DNA of 64,000 nt, from NCBI GenBank assembly GCA_963676565.1, contig OY781089.1:128001-192000 (forward strand). The letters are read 5' to 3'. Of the stretch, positions 11,595 through 21,470 are shown one piece after another. The notes beneath the pieces are model-generated. The model was not told the DNA's origin. It ran no database searches and saw only the letters and a list, made by a program, of their open reading frames with translations. The position numbers and the translations under genes are program-made. This DNA is from Halarcobacter sp. Its GTDB lineage: Bacteria > Campylobacterota > Campylobacteria > Campylobacterales > Arcobacteraceae. Within the stretch, counting starts at the first letter, position 1, and the number at the start of each line of letters is the position of its first letter.

Positions 11595-13196
11595 ATGGAA
11601 ACAACACTATTAATAATATTTTTATCCCTTGCCCTAGCAACAGTATTAAATTTGATTTTAAAAAAATTATCAATATCACATATAATTGGTTATATATTAA
11701 CTGGTGCAATTATGGCACCAATTTTTAATATAGGGCCTCATAATGATGTACTTTTATTAATAGCAGAGTTTGGTATTGTATTTTTAATGTTTACAATTGG
11801 ATTAGAGATGCCAATTGAAAAACTAAAAAAGATGAAAGAGCTTTTATTTCTTAATGGCTCACTTCAAGTTGGTATTAGTGCAATCATAATCTTTACAATC
11901 TCAAAATTTATATTTTCAATTGATACAAATTCATCAATTATAATTGCCCTAGCTTTTTCACTTTCATCAACAGCAATCGTTTTAAGTTACTTAAAACAAT
12001 CAAAAGATATTTACACTCCATATGGTGAAGCTTCAACTGCAATTTTAGTTTTCCAAGATTTAGCAGTAATTCCAATACTTCTTTTAATCTCATTTTTATC
12101 AAATGAGACATTAAGTATGAGTGAGATAATTCTAAAAACAGTTTTATCTGCTGTGATAATTATAGTATTTATGTTTACAATAGGTAAAAAAGCCTCAACA
12201 TGGCTATTACAATTTTCATCAAATAGTAGACTTGAAGAGTTATTTTTAGGCTCTGTAATGTCAATTTTATTTGGGGCTTCTATTTTAGCTCATTATTTAG
12301 GGTTTACTTATTCATTAGGAGCATTTATAGCTGGGATGATTATTGCCGAAACAAAATTTCATATAAAGGTTGAATCAGATATTGCTTCCTATAAAGATTT
12401 ACTACTAGGAACTTTTTTCTTTTCAGTTGGTACAAAAATAGATGCAAGTTTTTTAATTAGTAATATACATTATGTATTTTTAGTATTTATTTCAGTAATG
12501 CTTATTAAAGCCTTCGTGATTTATGCCATAATCAAAAGAAAATTAAACAAAAGTGATTCTATAAAATCAGCTTTAGCCTTATGTCAAGTTGGTGAATTTT
12601 CCTTTGCAGTTTTTGCCTTAGCTAGTGCAGATGGATTATTAGAAAATGATATGGCAAAATTTTTAATACTAGTTACAACTTTATCTATGATTTTAACACC
12701 TTTTATTGTTAATAATATCTATAAGTTAGCTTCATATTTTGTTGTAGAATTTTATGAATCAGATAAAATCACGCCAATTAATAAAAAAGATCATATAGTT
12801 ATTTGTGGTTACTCTATGCTTGGAAGAATTATTGCTATGCAGTTAAATGAAAAAGGCAAACCCTTTGTAATAATTTCAGATAATTTAAAACATGTATTAT
12901 TAGCAAGAAAAAATGGTTACATGGCTTATTTTGGACATATTGAAAAATTACCAGTTTTAGAATCACTTAAAGTTGATGAGGCACAATCTATTATTGTAGC
13001 TTTATCAAATTTAAAGGAAAAAAGATTAATTTGTGAAGCAATTTTAAACTTTAAAGCAGATTCAAAACTAATTGTAAAAATTGACTCTTTAGATGAAAAA
13101 AAAGAATTAAGGGATTTAAATATAGATCAATTTGTTCATTCTCAACTTGAAACTGCAAAACTAATTGTTGATAAAGCTTTAGATATACAAAAATAA
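11595..13196 (+). CDS. CPA2 cation:proton antiporter with TrkA-N domain (Kef-like)
   Basis: AEFGIVFLMFTIGLE, LSSTAIV, FQDLA, QVGEFSF, C-terminal IVICGY. Confidence 0.92.
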   Translation: METTLLIIFLSLALATVLNLILKKLSISHIIGYILTGAIMAPIFNIGPHNDVLLLIAEFGIVFLMFTIGLEMPIEKLKKMKELLFLNGSLQVGISAIIIFTISKFIFSIDTNSSIIIALAFSLSSTAIVLSYLKQSKDIYTPYGEASTAILVFQDLAVIPILLLISFLSNETLSMSEIILKTVLSAVIIIVFMFTIGKKASTWLLQFSSNSRLEELFLGSVMSILFGASILAHYLGFTYSLGAFIAGMIIAETKFHIKVESDIASYKDLLLGTFFFSVGTKIDASFLISNIHYVFLVFISVMLIKAFVIYAIIKRKLNKSDSIKSALALCQVGEFSFAVFALASADGLLENDMAKFLILVTTLSMILTPFIVNNIYKLASYFVVEFYESDKITPINKKDHIVICGYSMLGRIIAMQLNEKGKPFVIISDNLKHVLLARKNGYMAYFGHIEKLPVLESLKVDEAQSIIVALSNLKEKRLICEAILNFKADSKLIVKIDSLDEKKELRDLNIDQFVHSQLETAKLIVDKALDIQK

Positions 13197-13200
13197 GAGT

Positions 13201-13231
13201 AAAAAAAAAGAGCAAATTAATTTGCTCTTTT
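13201..13231. terminator. Intrinsic terminator, strongest on minus strand
   Basis: AAAAGAGCAAAT/ATTTGCTCTTTT palindrome preceded by A9. Confidence 0.75.
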
Positions 13232-13263
13232 CTCTACTATGAAGGACGTTTAATTAGTAGGTG
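13201..13263 (-). ncRNA. Candidate small RNA with anti-SD loop
   Basis: Minus-strand TATAAT (13269-13274), CTACTA/TAGTAG stem with GTCCTTC loop, terminator ending in U9 with no minus-strand gene to explain it. Confidence 0.45.
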
Positions 13264-13377
13264 AAATAATTATAATAAAGCATCATAGCAAAACAGTAGC
13301 ATTTAAAAGAAATTTAACAATTTTTAATAGCTTTTTCAATAGAATTACAAAATTTAACCAAAAAAGAGACACTTATC

Positions 13378-14472
13378 TTGTATTCCAAAGAGCTTAATTC
13401 AATAAAAAAATCAAATCGTTATAGAAAAAGAGAAGTCTATGATGTAAACTTAATTGACCTTGCATCAAACGATTACCTTGGATTATCAGTAAAAAAAGAG
13501 CTTTTCGAAAATGCATATAAAAGAGTTTTAAATGAAAAATATTCTTCTCCAAAAGCATCTATGCTTGTAAATGGATACTCAAAAATTCATAAAGATTTTG
13601 AAGATGCTTTAAAAAAAGCCAATAATTTTGAAGATGCATTAGTTGTAGGAAGTGGTTTTTTAGCAAACCTTTCTATGATAGAAGCACTTGTAAGAAAAGG
13701 TGATGTTTTATTTCTTGATGAAGATTACCACGCAAGTGGAATGTTAGCAAGTAAATTATTAGATGAGAAACAACTTGTTATTTTTAAACATAATGACCAC
13801 AAAGATTTAGATGAAAAAATCAATTCAAGCATAGTAAAGGGTCGAAAAATAATCGCCATTGAAGGTGTTTATTCTATGGGTGGAGATTTAGCTTCAAAAG
13901 AGATTTTTGATATTGCCCAAAAACAAAATGCCTTACTAATTGTAGATGAAGCGCACTCTTCTGGGGTTTTAGGTGATAACCTTCTTGGTATTTTTAGTCA
14001 CTATAAAATCAAACCACAAAATAACCATATTAAAATGGGTACCTTAGGAAAAGCCTATGGAAGCTATGGTGCATACATTTTAGCATCAAATGAGATTATT
14101 GAATTTTTACTAAATCGTGCAAAGGCAGTAATTTATACAACTGCCCCATCGCTATTTGATATTGCTTTAGGGCATGAGGCTTTAAATTTTATTTTAGAAA
14201 ATACTAATTTATTGAAAAAAAGAATTAAGTCCAATTTACAAGTAATAAATGATATTTTAGGTATAAATTCAGATAGTTTAATTATTCCAATTGAAATTGC
14301 TGATAATAAAAAAGTTATTGAAATTCAAAGTCAATTGAAAGAAAAAGGCTATTTAGTTGGTGCAATCAGGCAACCAACAGTTAAAAGTGCAATTATTAGA
14401 CTTATTGCAAAAATTGATATTAGTAGTGATGAACTTACAAAAGTTTGTACTTTAATTAAGGAGTTAAAATGA
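13378..14472 (+). CDS. bioF: 8-amino-7-oxononanoate synthase
   Basis: DLASNDYLGL, EGVYSMGGD, VDEAHS, GTLGKAYG, IRQPTV. Confidence 0.9.
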   Translation: MYSKELNSIKKSNRYRKREVYDVNLIDLASNDYLGLSVKKELFENAYKRVLNEKYSSPKASMLVNGYSKIHKDFEDALKKANNFEDALVVGSGFLANLSMIEALVRKGDVLFLDEDYHASGMLASKLLDEKQLVIFKHNDHKDLDEKINSSIVKGRKIIAIEGVYSMGGDLASKEIFDIAQKQNALLIVDEAHSSGVLGDNLLGIFSHYKIKPQNNHIKMGTLGKAYGSYGAYILASNEIIEFLLNRAKAVIYTTAPSLFDIALGHEALNFILENTNLLKKRIKSNLQVINDILGINSDSLIIPIEIADNKKVIEIQSQLKEKGYLVGAIRQPTVKSAIIRLIAKIDISSDELTKVCTLIKELK

Positions 14473-14711
14473 AAATATTATTACTAGTTACCTCTTTAGT
14501 TTTATGCTCCCTGGCAAATGAAAATTTTACAAATATGAAAAAATGTGAAGTAATTAAATTATCAAAATTTACAACTTTAATATCTTGTCACAAAGTTGAT
14601 TACTTAGTTAAATATAAACTTCAAGATGATGAAGAGAAAGATAATATCAAAAAAATTACAGTTATAACAACAAAAGATCAAAAAATAATATTAGGTGAAG
14701 AGAGAAATTAA
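14469..14711 (+). CDS. Small secreted hypothetical protein
   Basis: AAGGAG RBS, signal-peptide-like N-terminus, overlaps bioF stop. Confidence 0.7.
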   Translation: MKILLLVTSLVLCSLANENFTNMKKCEVIKLSKFTTLISCHKVDYLVKYKLQDDEEKDNIKKITVITTKDQKIILGEERN

Positions 14712-15368
14712 ATGCCTTTAGAAAAATTAATTGAAGGAAATGCATACTTTGTGGAAGAGAGATATCCTCATATGGAAGAGGAACTTCTAAACTTAGTTAA
14801 ATATGGACAACATCCAGAAGTGATGTTTATTGGTTGTAGTGATAGTAGAGTAACTCCAGATTTAATGTTAAATACAAAACCTGGCGATATGTTTATTTTA
14901 AGAAATGTTGGGAATTTTGTTCCACCATTTAAACATGATGAGGATTTCCATGGAAGTGCAGCTGCAATTGAGTTTGCAATTGCAGTTTTAAAAGTAAAAC
15001 ATATTATAGTTTGTGGTCATTCACATTGTGGTGCCTGTAAATCTTTATATCAAGAGATACCTGAAAATGAATCATATATTCACATAAAAACGTGGTTAAA
15101 ACTTGGTCAAAAAGCAAAAGAAAGAACCCTAAAGAATAAACAATTCACAACTGAAGAAGAGATGTATCGAGTAACAGAGCGAAACTCTATTAGACATCAA
15201 CTTGATAATCTAATGACCTATCCAGATGTGGAAAAACTAGTAAATGCTGGAAAGCTTCAAATCCATGGCTGGTATTATGATATAGCAACAGGTATTATTA
15301 ATTTTTATGAAAAAGAAACAGATACATTCAAACCATTAAGTGAGTTTAACTATGAGCCAACAAAATAA
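14712..15368 (+). CDS. Beta-class carbonic anhydrase
   Basis: GCSDSRV, RNVGN, CGHSHCGA zinc ligands. Confidence 0.95.
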   Translation: MPLEKLIEGNAYFVEERYPHMEEELLNLVKYGQHPEVMFIGCSDSRVTPDLMLNTKPGDMFILRNVGNFVPPFKHDEDFHGSAAAIEFAIAVLKVKHIIVCGHSHCGACKSLYQEIPENESYIHIKTWLKLGQKAKERTLKNKQFTTEEEMYRVTERNSIRHQLDNLMTYPDVEKLVNAGKLQIHGWYYDIATGIINFYEKETDTFKPLSEFNYEPTK

Positions 15369-15681
15369 TATAGAAGTAAGAAAACTACCAAAGAAAACTG
15401 TAATTATTATAGTAATTATGAGTGTAATTTGTTTTTTAGGTTTTCTTTTTATAATGTTTACGAAAAATTTAAAGATGGAAGAGGTTCTACATGGCCTTGG
15501 ACATAAAAACATTTCTGAAGTAAAAGTAATTAATAAATTAAGTGTTGAAGATAAAGAAACAAAAATAAAAAGTACAGTTTACAAAGTTATGTTTATAGAC
15601 AAAGATTTAAATAAAGAGTGCATTGGTTTCGTTCATAGAAGTAACCATGGAAAATATAGTGAAGATATAGACTGTAAATAA
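15352..15681 (+). CDS. Single-TM hypothetical protein
   Basis: Operon position, one hydrophobic helix. Confidence 0.7.
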   Translation: MSQQNNIEVRKLPKKTVIIIVIMSVICFLGFLFIMFTKNLKMEEVLHGLGHKNISEVKVINKLSVEDKETKIKSTVYKVMFIDKDLNKECIGFVHRSNHGKYSEDIDCK

Positions 15682-15693
15682 AAAGAGAAATTT

Positions 15694-16755
15694 ATGAGTA
15701 TTTTAGAAAAATTAGAGAATAAAGAAAGATTATCATATGAAGAAGCGATAAAGCTTTATGATTTGGAACTTTTTGAATTGGCAGAAATTGCAAATGAGAT
15801 TAGATTAGATAAGCATGGCAAAAAAACATATTTTAATATCAATAGACATATAAACCCAACAAATATTTGTAAAGATGTATGTCAATTTTGTGCTTATAGT
15901 GCAAGTAGAAAAAACCCAAATCCATATACAATGAGCCATGAACAAATTTTAGATATTGTAGAGAATTCAAAGAAAAATGATATAAAAGAGGTTCATATAG
16001 TTTCAGCCCATAATCCAGATACTGGATTAGAGTGGTATTTAGATGTATTTAGAAAAATCAAAGAGAAGTTCCCTGATATTCATGTAAAAGCGTTAACAGC
16101 TGCTGAAATACACTTCTTAGCCCAAGAATATAATTTAACATATGAACAAATTATTGAAAAAATGATTGAAAGTGGTGTTGATTCAATGCCAGGTGGTGGA
16201 GCAGAAATCTTTGATGAAAAGGTTAGAAAAAGAATTTGTGGAGGGAAAGTAACTTCACAGCAATGGCTTGATATTCATAAACTTTGGCATAAAACTGGTC
16301 ACCAAAGTAATGCAACTATGCTTTTTGGACATGTTGAAAGTAGAGAACATAGAATTGACCATATGTTAAGATTAAGAGATTTACAAGATGAAACAGGAGG
16401 ATTTAATGCTTTTATTCCACTTGTTTATCAAAAAGAGAATAACTATTTAAAAGTAAAAGATTTTTTAACTGGTCAAGAGATTTTAAAAACTATGGCTATT
16501 GCGAGAATTTTACTTGATAATATTCCACATATTAAAGCTTATTGGGTAACCTCAACAATAAAACTTGCTTTACTAGCTCAAGAGTTTGGAGCAAATGATT
16601 TAGATGGTACTATTGAAAGGGAATCAATTCAAAGTGCAGCAGGCGCAGCTAGTAAGCATGGAATGCCTCTTAATTCTTTTGTTGATTTAATCAAAAACTC
16701 TGGATTTACACCAGTTGAAAGAGACTCAATTTATAATGAAGTAAAAGCTTGGTAA
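15694..16755 (+). CDS. mqnE: Aminofutalosine synthase (radical SAM)
   Basis: NPTNICKDVCQFCAY, MPGGGAEIF, HIKAYW, GANDLDGT. Confidence 0.88.
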   Translation: MSILEKLENKERLSYEEAIKLYDLELFELAEIANEIRLDKHGKKTYFNINRHINPTNICKDVCQFCAYSASRKNPNPYTMSHEQILDIVENSKKNDIKEVHIVSAHNPDTGLEWYLDVFRKIKEKFPDIHVKALTAAEIHFLAQEYNLTYEQIIEKMIESGVDSMPGGGAEIFDEKVRKRICGGKVTSQQWLDIHKLWHKTGHQSNATMLFGHVESREHRIDHMLRLRDLQDETGGFNAFIPLVYQKENNYLKVKDFLTGQEILKTMAIARILLDNIPHIKAYWVTSTIKLALLAQEFGANDLDGTIERESIQSAAGAASKHGMPLNSFVDLIKNSGFTPVERDSIYNEVKAW

Positions 16756-16764
16756 CCAAAGCTT

Positions 16765-18045
16765 TTACTTGAAAAGACCACCTTTTTTTATTTTTAAATC
16801 GCCATTTTCTTTTTGTAAATTTGTAACTAAATCTCTAAGTTCATTTATTCTTTTTTGATTTTCAATCTCTTTTTCTATTAGACTTGAAACCTCACCCTCT
16901 TTTGAATCATACATTGCTTGCATAGATTTTAAATCATTTTCTAATTTTAAGTTTCTAGTTTTTAAAGCATTTAAAGATTTATACATATCATCAAATTGTT
17001 TTGATTTATCTTGTTTTGCCATGATATCCATTTTATTGTGTTGTAAATTACTACTTTCATATGCTTCCAACTGCTTTAATAATGATTTTCTTTTATCTTC
17101 CGAAACTCTTGCTTTTTCCTCTAAAACACTAAAAGTTTTTTGAGTTTCAAGTAATCTTTTATCAAGATTTTCTTTATCAGTTTTTAATTTTCCAATTGTT
17201 TTTTTATATTCAGTTAACTGCTCAATAAATCTTTTAAAATTTTTTCGTTTCTCTTGTTCCTCTTCAGTTACTAAAAATCTAACTGCCATATACTCAACAA
17301 TATTTTCTCTATTTATATCAAAAATTGGAAAAATTTTAGTGTTTACAAAATATGTTGTTCCATCTTTTGTTATGTTTTTATGGGTACCATTCCATATTTT
17401 ACCCTCTTTTATAGTAGACCACATATCTTCAAAAAAAGACTTATTTACATCAGGATGACGAACAATATTGTGGGGTGAACCTATTAACTCTTCCCTTGTA
17501 TATCCCGAAACTTCACAAAAACCATCATTTACAAAGGTAATTTTACCTTTTAAATCTGTTTTTGAAACCAATGCTTCTTGATTTATAATCTCTAAGTAGT
17601 TATCTAATTCTGATTTTTGAGCTTCAATTTTTTTCTCTAAATTTAAATTGTTACAAATTTTATCTAGTTTTTTTGTTATCTCTTCTAGGTCAATAGGTTT
17701 TAAAATATATTCAGTAACCTGTAAAGAGATAGCCTTTATAAGATTTTCACTTTCATTTCTTGCAGTAATAAAAGCACAAGGGATTTCACTATCAAACTCT
17801 CTTATTTTTTCAAGCATCTCAAGTCCATCCATTTTTGGCATATTGATATCACTTAAAATCAAATCAAATTTTTTTCCACTATTAAATGCCTCTTGAAATT
17901 TTAAAAAACCATCAAGTCCATTTTCACATAGTTCAACCTCTTCAAATCTACGTCTAAGAAATTTTCCTAATTTTTGCCTAGCTAAATCTTCATCTTCAAC
18001 AAATAAAACTTTTAATTTTTCTTTTTCTAATTTAACTTCTTCCAT
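16765..18045 (-). CDS. Response regulator REC-PAS with long coiled-coil tail
   Basis: Receiver motifs, VSKTDLKGKITFVND/HNIVRHPD PAS domain, heptad-rich C-terminus. Confidence 0.85.
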   Translation of the reverse strand: MEEVKLEKEKLKVLFVEDEDLARQKLGKFLRRRFEEVELCENGLDGFLKFQEAFNSGKKFDLILSDINMPKMDGLEMLEKIREFDSEIPCAFITARNESENLIKAISLQVTEYILKPIDLEEITKKLDKICNNLNLEKKIEAQKSELDNYLEIINQEALVSKTDLKGKITFVNDGFCEVSGYTREELIGSPHNIVRHPDVNKSFFEDMWSTIKEGKIWNGTHKNITKDGTTYFVNTKIFPIFDINRENIVEYMAVRFLVTEEEQEKRKNFKRFIEQLTEYKKTIGKLKTDKENLDKRLLETQKTFSVLEEKARVSEDKRKSLLKQLEAYESSNLQHNKMDIMAKQDKSKQFDDMYKSLNALKTRNLKLENDLKSMQAMYDSKEGEVSSLIEKEIENQKRINELRDLVTNLQKENGDLKIKKGGLFK

Positions 18046-18772
18046 CTTTCATCCTTAGCTTATATCCAAAGCCATACATATTTTCAATATTTAAATCTTG
18101 TATTTTAACCCTTAATCTTGAAATAAGATTTTTCAAATTTGCTACTGCAGACTCTAAATCTTTTATATCATCCCAAATAGAGTTAATAATATCATCTGTA
18201 TTTACTACCCTATTGATATTCTTACACAAAATATCAATTAGTAACAACTCTTTTTTTGTCAATTTAATTGTATTGTTATCTTTGTATAAAATTTTATCTT
18301 GAATATCCCATTCATAATCATTTTCTAATAGTATAGAGTTTTTCTCCCCTATTAAAAAACTTTTTTTATAACTCTTATTCAAAGTTTTTTCAATACTATG
18401 AAGTAAAGGCTCCACATCAATTGGTTTTAAAATATAATCATTGATATCAAGTTTTACCACATCTAATAACTGTTTAACATCAAGTTGAGCTGTTAAAAAA
18501 ATAAAAGGTAAAAGTTCATCAATATGTCTTACATTTTTTAGTAAATCAACACCATCCATTATTGGCATATTAATATCACTAATAACTAAATCAAAAGATT
18601 TACCCCTTAAATAGAAATCTCTAATTATCATCAAGGCATCATCTCCATTTTTTGCCACAATAATATTATTATAAATTCTATTTAATATCTTTAACAACTT
18701 AACTTGAGTGTCATATTCATCTTCTACAAGAAGTATTCTTGCATTTTTTTTGTAATTTACTATATTTTCCAT
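18032..18772 (-). CDS. OmpR family response regulator
   Basis: VEDE/SDINMP/KP receiver; LTKKE...LISRLRVK...GFGYKL winged helix. Confidence 0.92.
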   Translation of the reverse strand: MENIVNYKKNARILLVEDEYDTQVKLLKILNRIYNNIIVAKNGDDALMIIRDFYLRGKSFDLVISDINMPIMDGVDLLKNVRHIDELLPFIFLTAQLDVKQLLDVVKLDINDYILKPIDVEPLLHSIEKTLNKSYKKSFLIGEKNSILLENDYEWDIQDKILYKDNNTIKLTKKELLLIDILCKNINRVVNTDDIINSIWDDIKDLESAVANLKNLISRLRVKIQDLNIENMYGFGYKLRMKDGRS

Positions 18773-18794
18773 AACTTAATTCTATTAATAAATC

Positions 18795-18811
18795 GTACTA
18801 TAATGGTATCA
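18795..18811 (-). promoter_or_regulatory. Direct-repeat operator TGATAC-N5-TAGTAC
   Basis: Same motif at 19573 and 19621. Confidence 0.5.
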
Positions 18812-18815
18812 TAAA

Positions 18816-19499
18816 TTAGTAAATTTTATAATCATTAATTATATATCCTTGATTTGATATATTTTTAATTATTTCATAATATGATTTTTCTCTAATTTTA
18901 TTAACTACATTTCGCATACTGAAAATTGAACATTTTTTCCCATCCCAAACACTTTCTATTATTTTTTCATATGGAACTATTCTATTTTTATTTTCAAGCA
19001 ACACTTTTACAAAACTAGTTTCTAGGCTTGTTAAATTAACTTCTCTATCTTTGAAATAAAATCTATTTTTTCTCATACAAAAAGAGTAATCATGATTAAA
19101 ATAAACTCTGCTATTTTTTTTCATTGTTATTGCAATGTATATATCAATATAATCTAATTGTTCGTTTTTTAAAAGAATATTATTTAAAGGAACATTTTCA
19201 ATATATTCTAATATTGAAAGCTCTAAAGTAGAAGAGATATAAATAATTGGTAGATTAAAATTTTTTAGTTTATCATTAAATAATGAATTATCAAGATAGT
19301 GAACATCAAAATAATCAATATCAATAATAATCATATCGTATAATGAAAAATCTGACTTATAAATAAAATCATTTACATAAAAACTTTTTACTAATGGTGT
19401 AAGCTTTTCATTTATTCTATTTGTTACATTTGCATCTTTTGTCAAGAGAAGTACTCTCTTTGTATTTAGAAAGTTAACATTATAAATCTTCTTAGTCAT
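18816..19499 (-). CDS. OmpR-type winged-helix regulator with degenerate receiver
   Basis: LTSLE...IIESVW...VVNKIREK...GYII; N-terminus lacks the acidic DD pair and KP. Confidence 0.8.
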   Translation of the reverse strand: MTKKIYNVNFLNTKRVLLLTKDANVTNRINEKLTPLVKSFYVNDFIYKSDFSLYDMIIIDIDYFDVHYLDNSLFNDKLKNFNLPIIYISSTLELSILEYIENVPLNNILLKNEQLDYIDIYIAITMKKNSRVYFNHDYSFCMRKNRFYFKDREVNLTSLETSFVKVLLENKNRIVPYEKIIESVWDGKKCSIFSMRNVVNKIREKSYYEIIKNISNQGYIINDYKIY

Positions 19500-19572
19500 C
19501 TAAAACTCCTAATTATTTTAAATTATTATAACAATTAAGAATATTTAAATAATATCTTTTGATATCATAAAA

Positions 19573-19637
19573 TGATACTTTTTTAGTACTTTTATAAATT
19601 AAATCAACTCAAAAATATAATGATACGATTGGAATAC
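19573..19637 (+). promoter_or_regulatory. Two direct-repeat operators in the divergent promoter region
   Basis: TGATAC-TTTTT-TAGTAC (19573-19589) and TGATAC-GATTG-GAATAC (19621-19637), followed by TATAAT. Confidence 0.5.
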
Positions 19638-19673
19638 TCTTTTATTCTATAATTGCATTATAAGGAGTACAAG

Positions 19674-21470
19674 GTGATTAAAAATAATTATCTAAAAAGT
19701 TTAAATATATTATATGTAGAAGATGAGCCCACAACCGCAAAAAAATTTTCATCTATTTTAAAAAAAATATTTAATGAGGTTTTTTATGCTCCAAATGGGA
19801 AAGAAGCCCTTGATATTTTTTACAGTAACAATATTAATATAATCATTAGTGATATCAATATGCCAATTTTAAATGGTTTAGAATTAGCAAAAGAGATTCG
19901 AAAAACTGATATAAACATCCCTATTGTATTAATCTCTGCAAGAAATGAAAGTGATACACTATTACGAGCAATTGATTTAAATATAGATAGTTACATTTTA
20001 AAACCAATTACTCTAGATGGTTTCATAGAAAAAATTAACTCAATAAGTGAAAAAATTGAAGCAAAAGAGAATCAAAAAATATTAGACCAATATAAGCAAG
20101 TTATAGAGGATGCTTCAATTGTAGTTAAATTTGATTTAGATGGAAAAATTACATATATAAATAAACAATACTCAAAAGTATCTGGCTTCAATTTTGATGA
20201 AGTTAGCGAAAAATATTTTAATTTTAATCAACATAATGAGGAAAAATCAAGCATTTATTTAGAACTTTGGGAGAAGTTAAGAAAAAAACAACAATGGAAA
20301 GGTAGACTAAGAAACTACACAAAAGATAAAAATGAATACTTTATTGACTCTATTATTATCCCTATAATAGATATTAATAACAATATAAAAGAGTATATCT
20401 CAATCTCAAATGATGTTACTGACCAAATTTCACTGAACAATCTTTTAGATATTGAAATAAAAAGTTACCAAGACAATCTTACAAATAAAAGTCATTTATT
20501 AACTGAGTATCAAAGGGGATTAAATGAAATAACCTCAATTGCAAAAATCGATAAAGATTTTAATATTATTACTATAAACACAAAGTTTTTAAAAATTTTA
20601 GAATTAAAAAGGAAAGATTTAATAAATAAAAACCTTTTTAGCTTTATTAACACAAAAGAGAATAATTGTTTTGAACTTTTAGAAAACTTAGAAAATAAAA
20701 AAGCTTCTGAACAAATGATTATCTTTAATACTAAAAAAGAGAAAAAATTTATTGATATAAATATTTCACCAGTTTTAGACTCTAATAGAAATATTATTGA
20801 ATACTTAGTTGTGGCAAATGATTTAACCCATAGTATTAACCTACAACATGAGATTGAACTAACCCAAAAAGATGTTATTTTAACTTTAGGTGAAATAGCT
20901 GAACAAAGATGTAATGAAACAGGAAATCATGTAAAAAGGGTTTCAAAATATTCATATCTCTTAGCAAAAAAATTAGGACTTAGTGAAGAAGAAGCAAACT
21001 TAATACAGTTAGCAGCACCAATGCATGACATAGGTAAGATTGGTATTCCAGATTCTATCTTACATAAAAAAGGGAAACTTACTAAAGAGGAATTTGCAAT
21101 TATAAAAACCCATACAACAATTGGTTTTGATATGTTAAAAAACTCCCAAAGAAAGATTATGAAAGCAGCTGCAATTATTTCCCATGAGCATCATGAAAAA
21201 TGGAATGGGAGTGGATATCCAAGGGGATTAGCAGGAGAAGAGATACATATTTATGGAAGGATATTATCTGTTGTTGATACTTTCGATGCTTTAGGAAGCC
21301 AAAGATGTTATAAAGAAGCTTGGGGATTAGATGCTATATTAAATTATTTTAAAGAAAAAGCAAATAAAGACTTTGATCCTAAATTAGTTGATATCTTATT
21401 AAACAATATAGATGAATTTCTAAAAATAAAAGAAGAGTTTACTTCTGAAGTTGAAGGAGAAGTGGCATGA
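19674..21470 (+). CDS. REC-PAS-PAS-HD-GYP cyclic dinucleotide phosphodiesterase
   Basis: ETGNHVKRV, MHDIGKIG, HHEKWNGSGYP; GTG start after AAGGAG. Confidence 0.92.
   Translation: MIKNNYLKSLNILYVEDEPTTAKKFSSILKKIFNEVFYAPNGKEALDIFYSNNINIIISDINMPILNGLELAKEIRKTDINIPIVLISARNESDTLLRAIDLNIDSYILKPITLDGFIEKINSISEKIEAKENQKILDQYKQVIEDASIVVKFDLDGKITYINKQYSKVSGFNFDEVSEKYFNFNQHNEEKSSIYLELWEKLRKKQQWKGRLRNYTKDKNEYFIDSIIIPIIDINNNIKEYISISNDVTDQISLNNLLDIEIKSYQDNLTNKSHLLTEYQRGLNEITSIAKIDKDFNIITINTKFLKILELKRKDLINKNLFSFINTKENNCFELLENLENKKASEQMIIFNTKKEKKFIDINISPVLDSNRNIIEYLVVANDLTHSINLQHEIELTQKDVILTLGEIAEQRCNETGNHVKRVSKYSYLLAKKLGLSEEEANLIQLAAPMHDIGKIGIPDSILHKKGKLTKEEFAIIKTHTTIGFDMLKNSQRKIMKAAAIISHEHHEKWNGSGYPRGLAGEEIHIYGRILSVVDTFDALGSQRCYKEAWGLDAILNYFKEKANKDFDPKLVDILLNNIDEFLKIKEEFTSEVEGEVA

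Noticed and set aside
13283..13301. Sigma54 -24/-12 promoter
   Set aside because: Lacks the invariant GG at -24; better read as a direct repeat upstream of a TATAAT
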